64,000 nucleotides of DNA, from positions 2,784,001 through 2,848,000 of the forward strand of contig JASGHG010000001.1 in the NCBI GenBank assembly GCA_047602425.1. Direction: 5' to 3'. The stretch is from Nibricoccus sp. (GTDB lineage: Bacteria; Verrucomicrobiota; Verrucomicrobiia; Opitutales; Opitutaceae). Under the pieces are notes generated by a model. It searched no databases, was not told the DNA's origin, and saw only the letters and a list, made by a program, of their open reading frames with translations. Made by a program: the position numbers and the translations under genes. Within the stretch, counting starts at the first letter, position 1, and every line of letters begins with the position of its first letter. Below are positions 37,274 to 50,299 of the stretch, one piece after another.

Positions 37274-38263
37274 TTAACGCAGGCAATCGGAGTATGTTGA
37301 GACGGCGATACTCTCGCCCGGTTCCGGAATTCGAAAGTCGCTCGCGCCAAGGCCCGCCGTCCGCAGAGCGTCGCGCAACGCCTCGGGCGGGGCGTCGCGG
37401 CCTTCGTCGGTGAGGTGAAACGTGCCCCAATGCATGGCGGCGCTGACACGCGCGCCCAGATCGCGGTGGATTTGCACAGCCTCGGCCGGATTGCAGTGTT
37501 GTTCGCGCATAAACCAGCGCGGTTCATAGGCGCCGATGGGAATCATCGCAAAATCGGGCGGGCCGAGACGACGCCCGATCTCGGTGAAAAGCGTGGGATG
37601 ATAACCGGTGTCGCCGGCGAAATAGATCCGTGCCGCCCCGGCGTTGATGAAAAATCCACTCCAGAGACGGCTGAATCGTGGGGAACTGAGCCGGTTGCTC
37701 CAATGCTGCGCAGGCGTGGCGGTGATGGCGAGATTTGGCGTTGGCGCGTGGTTTTGCCACCAATCGAGTTCCACGATCCGGCCGAAACCGGCGCGTTCCA
37801 AGAGGTCGCCATTGCCCAGCGGGGTGATGGCGAGCGGTTCGTGAACTTGCGAGAGCAGGCGCAACGTGGGCAGATCGCAATGATCGTAGTGATCGTGGCT
37901 CAGCAGGACGTAGTGAATCTCGGGCAGATCCTGGAAGGGAATGCCGGGAGGATGTGCCCGCGACGGCCCAAAACGCCCAAAAGGTCCGCAGGCGGGTGAA
38001 TACACGGGGTCGGTCAGGAGATTTCCCTGGGGCGTTTCAAGCAGATACGTGGAATGATTGATCCAAGTGGCCCGAATGTCTCCCACACGGATGGGCGGAC
38101 GAGGCGGAACGGTGAAGGCGATTTTTTTTGGCCAGGAAACGGAGCGGCTGGTGAATTTCCAGCGAAGGATTTCGCGCAGCCCGCGGTGTTCCATCGGCGA
38201 TGGATTGAAGAACCGTTGCCCGTCGCAATGGTCGGAAACCGGGTAGGGCCTGGCGATGCTCAT
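37274..38263 (-). CDS. MBL-fold metallo-hydrolase (RomA/NAPE-PLD-like)
   Basis: TWINHST, LTDPV, SHDHYDH, PAQHWS, FAGDTGY, PIGAYEPRWFM and MHWGTF motifs. Confidence 0.9.
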   Translation of the reverse strand: MSIARPYPVSDHCDGQRFFNPSPMEHRGLREILRWKFTSRSVSWPKKIAFTVPPRPPIRVGDIRATWINHSTYLLETPQGNLLTDPVYSPACGPFGRFGPSRAHPPGIPFQDLPEIHYVLLSHDHYDHCDLPTLRLLSQVHEPLAITPLGNGDLLERAGFGRIVELDWWQNHAPTPNLAITATPAQHWSNRLSSPRFSRLWSGFFINAGAARIYFAGDTGYHPTLFTEIGRRLGPPDFAMIPIGAYEPRWFMREQHCNPAEAVQIHRDLGARVSAAMHWGTFHLTDEGRDAPPEALRDALRTAGLGASDFRIPEPGESIAVSTYSDCLR

Positions 38264-38418
38264 GGTCGGACAGGAACCTGCCCGCACTTCTTGTTTCTGG
38301 CAACGGAGGTGTGTTGAACGGCTGTTTGCCCGGACTGACGGCTTGCGGAAATCGGAGGAAGCAGGCTGTCTGGACGCATGACACCGACAACGATGCAAAA
38401 TATCAGGAGTGCCGCGCC

Positions 38419-39000
38419 ATGCGCATAAGCGGCGGTGTCGCACGCGGTGTCACGCTGGATGTTCCCAAGGGCGACGCTGTGCGTCCGGCCACGGACGGTA
38501 TGCGTCAGGCAGTCTTTTCAAGCCTCGCGGCGCGGGTTCCGGGCGCGATATTTTTGGACCTTTTTGCTGGTAGCGGGGCATACGGGCTGGAGGCGTTAAG
38601 CCGTGGCGCGTCCGGCGGCACATTCGTCGAAAAAAACACGAAGACCGTCGGCTGTTTGCGGCGAAATATCGCGGCGGTCTGCAAAAGTCTGCGGCGCGAC
38701 GAGTCCGGCTTGAAAGTATTGCAGGGCGACGTGCTCGAATGGACGTTGGGAGCGGTGGAGACGGCGCCGGATTTGATTTTTATCGATCCCCCGTACGAAT
38801 TGATCGTCGAGGTGGGACCTAAGATTTTCGAGAAACTGGGGAAGCTGTTGCGACCGGAACTCGATCCCATTGTTGTCTTTGAAATGCCTGGGGAAATCAC
38901 GCTGACGCCGGTGGGCTGGACCTGCGTCAAGCGGCTGGGAGGCAACGGCGCGCGCCAGCCTACGACGGCGTTTTTTAGAGCCAGCCCAGAGTCGACCTGA
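38419..39000 (+). CDS. rsmD: 16S rRNA m2G966 methyltransferase RsmD
   Basis: MRISGG, RP.TD..R.AVF, LDLFAGSGAYGLEALSRGA and FIDPPY motifs. Confidence 0.92.
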   Translation: MRISGGVARGVTLDVPKGDAVRPATDGMRQAVFSSLAARVPGAIFLDLFAGSGAYGLEALSRGASGGTFVEKNTKTVGCLRRNIAAVCKSLRRDESGLKVLQGDVLEWTLGAVETAPDLIFIDPPYELIVEVGPKIFEKLGKLLRPELDPIVVFEMPGEITLTPVGWTCVKRLGGNGARQPTTAFFRASPEST

Positions 39001-39697
39001 CAATGGCGAGTGCCGCGACGACGGCGGTTTCGGTTCGCAGCACGCGCGGCCCGAGGTGGGCGAGGGCAAAACGATTTTCGCGGAAAGTCGTGCGCTCGGC
39101 GGGCGCCCAGCCGCGTTCGGAGCCGACGGCGAGGATGACGGGTTTTGCCGCGCAGCCTTTCAAGGCGGAGGCGAGGTCGGTGGAAGCCTCGTAATTGTCG
39201 AGTGCGATGCGCATGGCATCTGGCGGAAGGTTCGGCAAGAGCCCGGCGATGTCGCGACCGTGGGTGATTTTCGGCAGACGGGTGCAGAAAGCCTGAGCCG
39301 TGCCCGCGATGAGGTGGCGCCGCCATTCGCCGGACGTCCAAAGCGTGCTGTTGGCATAGGAGGTTTCTCCTCGTTCGGTTGTGACAAAATGAAGTTCGCC
39401 CACGCCGAGCGCGGTGGCTTCCTGAAGGATTTTTCGCGCGGTTTGCGGACGGGGCAGTCCGATAAGAAGCGTGATTGGCGGTAACGGATGGGTTGGTTCG
39501 CCCCAGGCGAACGCAAGGCCGAGGGTGGTACTGGAAATCTCGACGAGGGTCGCCTTGCCGCGAGGACCATTGATCAAGCCGGCGTCGAAGGTGTCGTCTT
39601 TTTGACGACGCAGCACTTCGAGAATGTGGATGGCGCGTGGATCGGTGCGGGGGAGTGGCGCCGCGATTTCCTCGGGCTCGAAGAGAACGATGTTCAC
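38975..39697 (-). CDS. rsmE: 16S rRNA m3U1498 methyltransferase RsmE
   Basis: HI..VLR, ATALGV, VGSERGW and LGPRVLRTETA motifs. Confidence 0.9.
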   Translation of the reverse strand: MNIVLFEPEEIAAPLPRTDPRAIHILEVLRRQKDDTFDAGLINGPRGKATLVEISSTTLGLAFAWGEPTHPLPPITLLIGLPRPQTARKILQEATALGVGELHFVTTERGETSYANSTLWTSGEWRRHLIAGTAQAFCTRLPKITHGRDIAGLLPNLPPDAMRIALDNYEASTDLASALKGCAAKPVILAVGSERGWAPAERTTFRENRFALAHLGPRVLRTETAVVAALAIVRSTLGWL

Positions 39698-39770
39698 AGA
39701 AGGCGGTTGGGCCGCGAAGAAATAATATACGTGGTGGCGGCTGGGTGGCGCAGAGCGAAGCGGCCGGGAA

Positions 39771-39844
39771 TGGTGCGGCTGGAGGGAATCGAACCCTCGA
39801 CACCTGCTTGGAAGGCAGAGGTTTTACCACTAAACTACAGCCGC
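39771..39844 (-). tRNA. tRNA-Gly (anticodon TCC), CCA encoded
   Basis: Minus strand GCGGCTGTAGTTTAGTGGTAAAACCTCTGCCTTCCAAGCAGGTGTCGAGGGTTCGATTCCCTCCAGCCGCACCA forms a cloverleaf. Confidence 0.96.
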
Positions 39845-39986
39845 GAGAGCCCTTAGCTTTTCTCGGGAGCGTGGGGGGTCAAGCTTTCGCTGCGAGGTTC
39901 TTGGGAATTGCAAGAATCGAGGTTTTTTTACAGAACCGGGCTTGGAAAGGAGTTGCGACGTTTTTGCGGGTGGGTTTGATCGGCGC

Positions 39987-41159
39987 ATGGCATTTATTAC
40001 CTCCGCCTCTGCCGGCAAAGGTCCGGCACTTCGTCAACCTCAGCAAGGCCGTCCGAATCTGAAAGCAGCCCAAGCCTTGGCCAAGCAGAAGTCTCTTGAA
40101 AAGAAATCCAAGAACTACCGGTTGCCCTTGGGAGAACTCGCTCTCTTTACCCAGCAGTTGGCCTCGTTGATCACCGCAGGTTTGCCCTTGGTGCAGAGTT
40201 TGGAAGCGCTGCAGGAACAGACGCAGGACTTGGTTTTCCGCATCATCATCCGTGAAGTGCGCATGGATATTGCGAGCGGTAATTCCTTTTCTTCCGCAGC
40301 CAAAAAATATCCAAGGGCTTTCAATACGCTGTTTGTCTCCATGGTCGAGGCCGGTGAAGCCTCGGGTGCGCTCGCGGAAATTTTGGGCAAAGTCGCCTCG
40401 TACTTTGAAGCGAGTGTGAAGCTCACCAAGAAGATTAAGTCCGCAATGACCTATCCGATCGCCGTCATCGGCTTGGCGGTCGTTTTGGTCAACGTGTTGC
40501 TGATTTTCGTGATTCCCGTGTTCGGTGATATGTTTAAGGACATGGGTTCGAAGCTTCCCGCGCCCACGCAAATACTCCTCGATACGAGTAACTTCCTGCG
40601 CGCATATTGGTGGCTGGTAGGCGGTATCTGCGTCGGTGCTTACTTTGGTATCCGCCGTTATATCGAAACCCCGAAAGGCAAAGCGCAGATGGATCGTTTA
40701 GTGGTAAAAGCACCAATTTTTGGCCCGCTTATCCATAAAATCGCGATCTCTCGTTTTTGCCGTACTTATGCCACGTTGATTAAGTCGGGTGTTCCCATTT
40801 TGCGCACGTTGGAAATTACGGCAGCCGCCAGTGGCAAGGTGCAGATCGAAAAGGCCTGCGACGATATCGCCAAACACGTCAGCCAAGGCGGTCAGGTTTC
40901 AGAAGTGCTGGGGGCTGATCCATTTTTCCCGCCAGTCGTGATGCACATGGTGAAGGCCGGTGAATCTACCGGTAACGTTGACGGCATGATGTCGAAGGTC
41001 TCGGACTTTTATGACACGGAAATCGACGCCACCACCGCGGCTTTGACGTCGCTGATCGAGCCCTTGCTCATCGTTTTCCTCGGCGTCGTGGTCGGCGGTA
41101 TCGTCATGGCCATGTTCCTGCCAATCTTCCAGATGGGCTCAGTCATGGGTGGAAACTAA
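39987..41159 (+). CDS. pilC: Type IV pilus/T2SS platform protein PilC (GspF family)
   Basis: FTQQLASLI.AGLPL, MVEAGEASGAL, AMTYP, GESTG and EPLLIV.LG....I.MAMFLP motifs. Confidence 0.88.
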   Translation: MAFITSASAGKGPALRQPQQGRPNLKAAQALAKQKSLEKKSKNYRLPLGELALFTQQLASLITAGLPLVQSLEALQEQTQDLVFRIIIREVRMDIASGNSFSSAAKKYPRAFNTLFVSMVEAGEASGALAEILGKVASYFEASVKLTKKIKSAMTYPIAVIGLAVVLVNVLLIFVIPVFGDMFKDMGSKLPAPTQILLDTSNFLRAYWWLVGGICVGAYFGIRRYIETPKGKAQMDRLVVKAPIFGPLIHKIAISRFCRTYATLIKSGVPILRTLEITAAASGKVQIEKACDDIAKHVSQGGQVSEVLGADPFFPPVVMHMVKAGESTGNVDGMMSKVSDFYDTEIDATTAALTSLIEPLLIVFLGVVVGGIVMAMFLPIFQMGSVMGGN

Positions 41160-41215
41160 TCCCCCGCACAATCTCCGCGTTGCTTTTTGTATAAGATACT
41201 GAGCAGTATAAAACC

Positions 41216-42496
41216 ATGCCTTCTGTCCTGATCGTCGACGACCTGCTCTCCATTCACGAGATGCTGGATGCGGTGATTCAACCAACCGGTTTCTCCACGT
41301 CCTTTGCCACCGATGGAGAAAAAGCCCTCGTGCGATACAAAGCCGAGAAGCCGGACATCGTCCTCGCCGACATCGACATGAAACCGATGGACGGCATTAC
41401 CTTGCTGAAACAGCTGCGTTTGTTCGATCCCAACGCCGTCGTTATCATTATGACGGCTTACGCGAGCACCGAGAGCGCGATCCAAGCGCTCAAGTTCGGA
41501 TCCTTCGACTACCTGCAAAAACCATTCCGCGTCGACGAGTTGATATCCACTCTTAAGCGCGGCCTTGAGTACAAACAATTCAATGCCGAACGCGCCAACT
41601 CCGGTGGCACCAGCGCGGCTCCATTTACTGCTGCGCCTTCGGTTAAAACCGCGGATATGGAAAGCCGCCTGATCGGCAGCAGTCCGAAATTCAAAAAGCT
41701 TCTCCAGCAACTCAAAAAACTTTCCACCGTCAAAACTCCCGTTCTTCTCCAAGGCGAAACGGGCACCGGCAAAACCACTGTGGCCGAAGTTCTCCACGGC
41801 ATGGGCACTGGCGCGGAGAGCAATCTCGTTCGCATCGATTGCGCCCTTAGCTCAGAGGAAAATTTCAAGGAAGGACTGCTTGGCGATGCGGGCACGGGCG
41901 GCTCTTGGGTCAAACAAGCCAAGGGCGGAACGCTTTTCCTGGATCACATCCAATGTCTGCCCATGGCCACGCAGAAGCAGCTCGTCAGTGTGCTTCGCGC
42001 CACGGCGCAAGCTTTCCGCCTCGTCTGTACGACGTCGGAGGATCTCGAAAAACTCACCGAGGAAGGTAAATTTCACGACGAATTGTTTTACCGCGTCGCC
42101 TCCCTGCCGGTTGTGTTGCCGCCTTTGCGTGATCGTTCCGACGATATTCCACTCCTCGTCAAACACTTCGCGACCCGGGCCACCAACCCTCTTTTCGATA
42201 CAAGTCTGCTTGAGATAACCGACGATGCCATGGAAGTCCTCAAGGACTACGAATGGCCGTGCAATCTCACTGAACTCGAACAGACCATTACGAAAATCGC
42301 TTCCACCGCCGAAACCCGCGTCGTCACGTCGCAGGAACTGCCGCTTCGTTTGAAAGAGGTCAAAAAATGGCCCTCGCTCGCCGATTATCTCGCCGGGCAA
42401 CAAAAGCAATATGTGGAAATGGTCATGCGTGCCTGCAACGACGACAAAGCCAAGGCCGCCAAGGTCCTCGGCATTGAGGCGGCGAAGATTAAGTAG
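41216..42496 (+). CDS. NtrC/PilR-family response regulator with a degenerate AAA+ domain (no GAFTGA)
   Basis: REC domain (VDD, DIDMKPMDG, KPF), Walker A GETGTGKT, GGTLFLDHI, WPCN..EL and a C-terminal HTH-like segment. Confidence 0.85.
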   Translation: MPSVLIVDDLLSIHEMLDAVIQPTGFSTSFATDGEKALVRYKAEKPDIVLADIDMKPMDGITLLKQLRLFDPNAVVIIMTAYASTESAIQALKFGSFDYLQKPFRVDELISTLKRGLEYKQFNAERANSGGTSAAPFTAAPSVKTADMESRLIGSSPKFKKLLQQLKKLSTVKTPVLLQGETGTGKTTVAEVLHGMGTGAESNLVRIDCALSSEENFKEGLLGDAGTGGSWVKQAKGGTLFLDHIQCLPMATQKQLVSVLRATAQAFRLVCTTSEDLEKLTEEGKFHDELFYRVASLPVVLPPLRDRSDDIPLLVKHFATRATNPLFDTSLLEITDDAMEVLKDYEWPCNLTELEQTITKIASTAETRVVTSQELPLRLKEVKKWPSLADYLAGQQKQYVEMVMRACNDDKAKAAKVLGIEAAKIK

Positions 42497-42616
42497 GCGA
42501 AGCTGAACTGCTTTTGCGTTGGTTAGCCAAGTCAACGCTGCGGACTCTGTCTCCGGAAACTGTTTCCCGCTTGCGCCGCCGCGCAGCCGCCTCAACCCTC
42601 GCGAGCGTTCACGCCC

Positions 42617-45853
<3,237 letters not shown>

Positions 45854-45878
45854 CCAGTCCGCACATCCATATCATTTC

Positions 45879-45912
45879 AAAAGGGCGCAGAGAACTGCGC
45901 CCTTTTTCTTTT
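45879..45912. terminator. Rho-independent (likely bidirectional) terminator after carB
   Basis: AAAAGGGCGCAG-AGAA-CTGCGCCCTTTTTCTTTT. Confidence 0.85.
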
Positions 45913-45953
45913 GGTTTGCTGGAGGGCGCTGCGCCGTCAGCGCCGGGTTTGCC

Positions 45954-47084
45954 TCAACTCAGCGTCTTCTTAAACCGCCCCACGGCGAAGGCCATCACGA
46001 CGAGGCCGATGGCGAGCAACGCGGCGAATTGAGGCCATAGAATTTCGAAGCCGACGCCTTTCAGGAACACGCCGCGGATAATCACGAGCATGTAGCGCAG
46101 GGGATTGATCAGGCTGAGGTATTGGAAAAACGCGGGCATGTTTGCGATCGGAAAGATAAAGCCTGAGAAAAGCATCGCCGGAAAAAAGAAGAAGAACGTC
46201 GTCATCATCGCCTGTTGTTGTGTGCGGCTCACCGTCGAGATGAACAATCCGATGCTCAACGTGCCGAGGAGGAAGAGCGCGGCGCCAAGCAATAGCAGGG
46301 CGAAATTGCCGGCCAGCGGTATGCCGAACCAGAATAGAGCGACACCGGTAACCAGGCCGACATCAATAAAACCGATCACCGCAAAGGGCGCACTTTTGCC
46401 GAGGATGAATTCGATCGGGCGGATCGGCGTGACCATGATCTGTTCGATTGTGCCGGCTTCTTTTTCGCGCACGATGGCCATGCTCGTGAGCATGAGGCTG
46501 ATCAACATGATCATCATGGCGATGATTCCCGGTACGTAGTAGTTCCGGCTTTCGAGGTCGGCATTAAACCAGGCACGCGGTTGTAGATTGACGCTGGCGA
46601 CCGGCACAATGCGGCCGTTTTGGCGAAGCGTGCGATCGAGGGTAAAGGCATTGTCCGCGGCGGCGGCGATGACATTGGCGTAGTTCACTACGAAGCGTGC
46701 GGTGTTGGAGTCCGCGCCATCAACGATGAGCTGGGCCTGTGCCGTACTGCCCCCCTTGAGGCGCTGTTCAAAGCCGGTGTTGATTTGCAGAATGGCGGCA
46801 GCCTTGGCAGAGTCGATCAACGAGCGTGCGTAGTCCTCGTCATCGGTTTGGGCAATGGCATCGAAACAGTTTGAACCGAGAAACCGCTGCACAAGTACGC
46901 GACTGGCGGTGGTATTGTCCCGATCGACGACGACGAGCGGCACGTGACGTACGTCGAGCGTGACGGCGTAGCCGAAGATCAAGGTCTGGATGATCGGCAC
47001 GCCGAAGATGACCAGGCGCATGCGCGGATCGCGGAGAACGGAGCGAAACTCTTTACGCAGGAGAGTGAGGATGCGTTCCCACAT
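45954..47084 (-). CDS. ABC-2 permease (YbhR-like)
   Basis: KEF....RD, IVREKEAGTIEQIMVTPI and FSGFIFPIANMP motifs. Confidence 0.9.
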   Translation of the reverse strand: MWERILTLLRKEFRSVLRDPRMRLVIFGVPIIQTLIFGYAVTLDVRHVPLVVVDRDNTTASRVLVQRFLGSNCFDAIAQTDDEDYARSLIDSAKAAAILQINTGFEQRLKGGSTAQAQLIVDGADSNTARFVVNYANVIAAAADNAFTLDRTLRQNGRIVPVASVNLQPRAWFNADLESRNYYVPGIIAMMIMLISLMLTSMAIVREKEAGTIEQIMVTPIRPIEFILGKSAPFAVIGFIDVGLVTGVALFWFGIPLAGNFALLLLGAALFLLGTLSIGLFISTVSRTQQQAMMTTFFFFFPAMLFSGFIFPIANMPAFFQYLSLINPLRYMLVIIRGVFLKGVGFEILWPQFAALLAIGLVVMAFAVGRFKKTLS

Positions 47085-47086
47085 GG

Positions 47087-48220
47087 TTAGGAGAGACGTT
47101 TGCGGGTTCGCGCGATGGCGAGGCCCAGCATGACGACGGCGAAGGCGATCAGAAAAACGGTTTCCGACCAGAGTATGCGCAGGCCGACGCCGCGCAGGAA
47201 AATGCCTTTGACCAACGCCACGAAATATCGCGCTGGAACGATGTGGGTGATCCCGCGCACGACTGTCGGCATGTTCGCGATGGCAAAGGCAAAACCTGAG
47301 AGCAGGAAGGCAGGCAAAAACGTGGCGACCATCGCAAGTTGACTGGCGAGGAGCTGCTGGCGCGCGATCGCGCTGATGAGAATTCCTTGGGCGAGTGTGG
47401 CGATGATAAACAGTGTGCCGACAAGAAAGAGCAGCGGCACGCTGCCTCGCAACGGGACGTGAAAAAGATAGACGGCCATCGAGACGGCGATCACCAAATC
47501 GACGAAACCGATGACGAGGTAGGGCAGCAATTTTCCGAGAATGAGTTCGGCGGGGCGCACGGGCGTTGAAATGAGTTGTTCCATTGTGCCGGTTTCCCAT
47601 TCGCGCGCGACAGTGAGCGACGTGAGCAGGGCTGCGATGAGTCCCATGATCACGGCGAGAATTCCCGGTACGATGAAGTTGCGGCTTTCGAGGTCGGGGT
47701 TGAACCATACGCGCGTGCGGAGATCGAGGCTGGCGATGGGAGTTTGCCCCGTACGGCGCTGGATTTGCTCAAGCGTGATCGGGCGGTTGAACGCAAGCGT
47801 GATGCCCTGGGTGTACCCGAGTACGATGCCGGCGGTATTTGAGTCCGAACCATCGACAATCGCTTGCACAGACGGCGTCCGACCTGCATCGAGTTCGCGT
47901 GCAAAGCCCGGTGGGATGATCAATCCGAGCATCGCATTGCGCGTATCGATCTCGTGTTCAAGTCCGGCATAACCGCTGACTGTGCCGCGAAGATCGAAAT
48001 AAGGCGTGGCGGTAAAGCGAGAAACGAAATCGCGGCTTTGGGTGGTATTACTTTGGTCCCAGACAACAAATGGCACGCGGTCGACATCGAGTGTCAGCGC
48101 ATAACCAAACGCCAGAAGCATGAGCATCGGAATGCCAATGGCGAAACCGAGGCTGCGCGGGTCGCGACGGATGTGGATGGCTTCCTTGCGGGCAACGGCC
48201 CAGAGACGGCGGAGGTTCAT
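47087..48220 (-). CDS. ABC-2 permease (YbhS-like)
   Basis: KEAIHIRRDPRSL, AREWETGTMEQLISTP and LLSGF.F.I.NMP motifs. Confidence 0.9.
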   Translation of the reverse strand: MNLRRLWAVARKEAIHIRRDPRSLGFAIGIPMLMLLAFGYALTLDVDRVPFVVWDQSNTTQSRDFVSRFTATPYFDLRGTVSGYAGLEHEIDTRNAMLGLIIPPGFARELDAGRTPSVQAIVDGSDSNTAGIVLGYTQGITLAFNRPITLEQIQRRTGQTPIASLDLRTRVWFNPDLESRNFIVPGILAVIMGLIAALLTSLTVAREWETGTMEQLISTPVRPAELILGKLLPYLVIGFVDLVIAVSMAVYLFHVPLRGSVPLLFLVGTLFIIATLAQGILISAIARQQLLASQLAMVATFLPAFLLSGFAFAIANMPTVVRGITHIVPARYFVALVKGIFLRGVGLRILWSETVFLIAFAVVMLGLAIARTRKRLS

Positions 48221-48250
48221 GCGGTGGACCAACTCGCACGAGGTTGGTTC

Positions 48251-48336
48251 GGTAGGGACGGACCGCCGGGCCGTCCGGTTGTGCGTGAGCCCATCGCGGG
48301 CCACGGGGGTGGACGACCCGGCGAGTCGTCCCTACC
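48251..48336. repeat. Inverted GTAG-type REP doublet (REPIN-like)
   Basis: GGTAGGGACGGACCGCCGGGCCGTCC ... GGACGACCCGGCGAGTCGTCCCTACC; each half is palindromic. Confidence 0.75.
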
Positions 48337-48371
48337 TTGCGCCACTTCTATCGCCTGGGTCTGCAGGAGGT

Positions 48372-49340
48372 TCATTGGCGGAACTCCTTTTGCGTCCCCT
48401 CGGCGCGGTCGCGGGCTTCGATCAGTGAAACAAAGACATCTTCCAGCGTCGGCACGATGCGCTCGATGCGGATAAGTTTGATTTGTTTCTCGGCAAGCGC
48501 CGCGCGAATTCCAGTCATGGCTGCATCGGCGTCGCGTGCTACGGCGTGTAAGCCTTTGCCGAAGAGCGCGGTTTCTTTTACGGCCGACACGCGTTCGAGC
48601 AACGCCATGGCATCATTGGGGCGTTCGCAATCTATCTCGAGCACGGCGTCGGTCATGTGCAGCGTTTTAAGATCGCGGGGGCGGCCGAGGGCGATCAACT
48701 CGCCGCGGTAGATAATGCCGAGCCGGTCGCAGTACTCGGATTCTTCCATGTAGTGGGTGGTTACGAAAACCGTGACGCCCTGTCCGGCGAGTTCGTAAAT
48801 GAGGTCCCAGAACTGGCGGCGGCTGTTGGGATCGACGCCGGAAGTCGGCTCATCGAGGAAAAGAATCGGTGGTTCGTGCAGCACAGCGCAGCCGAGCGCA
48901 AGGCGTTGTTTCCAACCGCCGGACAATGTGCTCGTCCGCGAGTGTCGATGCTCAGTCAGGCCGGCCATACGGAGGACCCAATCCTTACGTGGGGCCTTCT
49001 TGTCGGCGGGCAAACAATAGATGCCGCTATAGAAATCGATATTCTCCTCCACCGTGAGTTCATCGTAGAGGGAAAACTTTTGGCTCATGTAACCGATTCG
49101 GCTTTTTATCAGCTCGGTATCGCGGCGAATGTCGAAGCCGGCGACACGCCCTGTGCCGCCCGAAGGAGCGAGCAAACCGCAGAGCATGCGGATGGTGGTG
49201 GACTTCCCCGCGCCGTTGGGCCCGAGGAAGCCGAAGATTTCTCCACGAGCGACTGAAAATGAAATGCCTGCCACGGCGCGAAATTCTCCGAAGCGGCGTT
49301 CCAGGTTTTCAACCACGACGATGGGTTCGGTTCCGCTCAT
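48372..49340 (-). CDS. ABC ATP-binding protein (YbhF-like half)
   Basis: GPNGAGKS, LSGGWKQRL and LDEPTSGVDP motifs. Confidence 0.92.
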   Translation of the reverse strand: MSGTEPIVVVENLERRFGEFRAVAGISFSVARGEIFGFLGPNGAGKSTTIRMLCGLLAPSGGTGRVAGFDIRRDTELIKSRIGYMSQKFSLYDELTVEENIDFYSGIYCLPADKKAPRKDWVLRMAGLTEHRHSRTSTLSGGWKQRLALGCAVLHEPPILFLDEPTSGVDPNSRRQFWDLIYELAGQGVTVFVTTHYMEESEYCDRLGIIYRGELIALGRPRDLKTLHMTDAVLEIDCERPNDAMALLERVSAVKETALFGKGLHAVARDADAAMTGIRAALAEKQIKLIRIERIVPTLEDVFVSLIEARDRAEGTQKEFRQ

Positions 49341-50278
49341 GACTGGGGCGCGGATGAATTTTGGGCGATCACGGATACGAAGACATCTTCGAGGGACGGT
49401 TCGATCGGGGTGAGCGAGAGGAGTTCGAAGCCGGCGCTGGAAATGAGGCGGCGGCTTTCGGTTTCGGTTGCGGAGGCATCGCGGGTCACAACGTGGACTC
49501 GATCGCCAAAGAGGCCGACGGAAGTGTCGGGCAGTTTTGTCCGCAACAGAAGCGCCGTGCGGCGTGGGGCATTGGTTCGAATCTCGAGTAGTGTGCCGGG
49601 CATCAATTTCTTCACGTCTTCGGGCATGCCGAGTCCAATAAGTCTACCCTGGTGGAGAAGAGCGAGGCGGTTGCAGCGCTCGGCCTCGTCGAGGTAGGCG
49701 GTGGAAACGAAGAGTGTGACGCCGTCACGAACCAATTGATAGAGGATGCGCCAGAAATCGCGGCGGGAGACGGGATCGACGCCGTTGGTCGGTTCATCGA
49801 GGAAAAGCACGCGCGGCGTATGAATGAGCGCGCAGGCGAGTCCGAGTTTTTGTTTCATGCCGCCCGAGAGATTTCCAGCACGGCGATGTTTGAAAGGCGT
49901 GAGATTGCTGAAGCCAAGAAGGCGCTCGGTGCGGGCGGCAAGTTCGCTTTTCGGCACAGAGTAGATATCGGCGTAAAAGGCGATGTTTTCGCTGACGGTC
50001 AGGTCGGGATACAGACCGAAGCGCTGGCTCATGTAGCCGATGTGTGTTTTAAGTAGTTCGGGTTGCCGAAGGATATCGCAGCCTGCGACCGTGGCGCCAC
50101 CCGCGCTGGGCGTGAGGATGCCGGCAAGCATGCGCATTGTAGTGGTTTTACCTGCGCCGTCGGGCCCCACGAGGCCAAAGATTTCTCCAGCGTGCACCTC
50201 AAGATCGAGTCCATCGACGGCGACGAGCTTGCCGAAAGTGCGGCGAAGACCCCGAGCTTGGATGGCGGCCGAAGACAT
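49337..50278 (-). CDS. ABC ATP-binding protein (YbhF-like half)
   Basis: GPDGAGKT, LSGGMKQKL and LDEPTNGVDP motifs. Confidence 0.92.
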   Translation of the reverse strand: MSSAAIQARGLRRTFGKLVAVDGLDLEVHAGEIFGLVGPDGAGKTTTMRMLAGILTPSAGGATVAGCDILRQPELLKTHIGYMSQRFGLYPDLTVSENIAFYADIYSVPKSELAARTERLLGFSNLTPFKHRRAGNLSGGMKQKLGLACALIHTPRVLFLDEPTNGVDPVSRRDFWRILYQLVRDGVTLFVSTAYLDEAERCNRLALLHQGRLIGLGMPEDVKKLMPGTLLEIRTNAPRRTALLLRTKLPDTSVGLFGDRVHVVTRDASATETESRRLISSAGFELLSLTPIEPSLEDVFVSVIAQNSSAPQS

Positions 50279-50299
50279 GGCGATTTTGGAAATGGGAAC

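Noticed and set aside
38505..39830. 441-aa minus-strand ORF
   Set aside because: It runs through tRNA-Gly, rsmE (other frame) and antisense to rsmD; Arg/Pro-rich shadow ORF.
39771..39844. Prophage or genomic island integrated at tRNA-Gly
   Set aside because: There is no integrase, phage or transposase gene anywhere in the window and the flanking genes are housekeeping.
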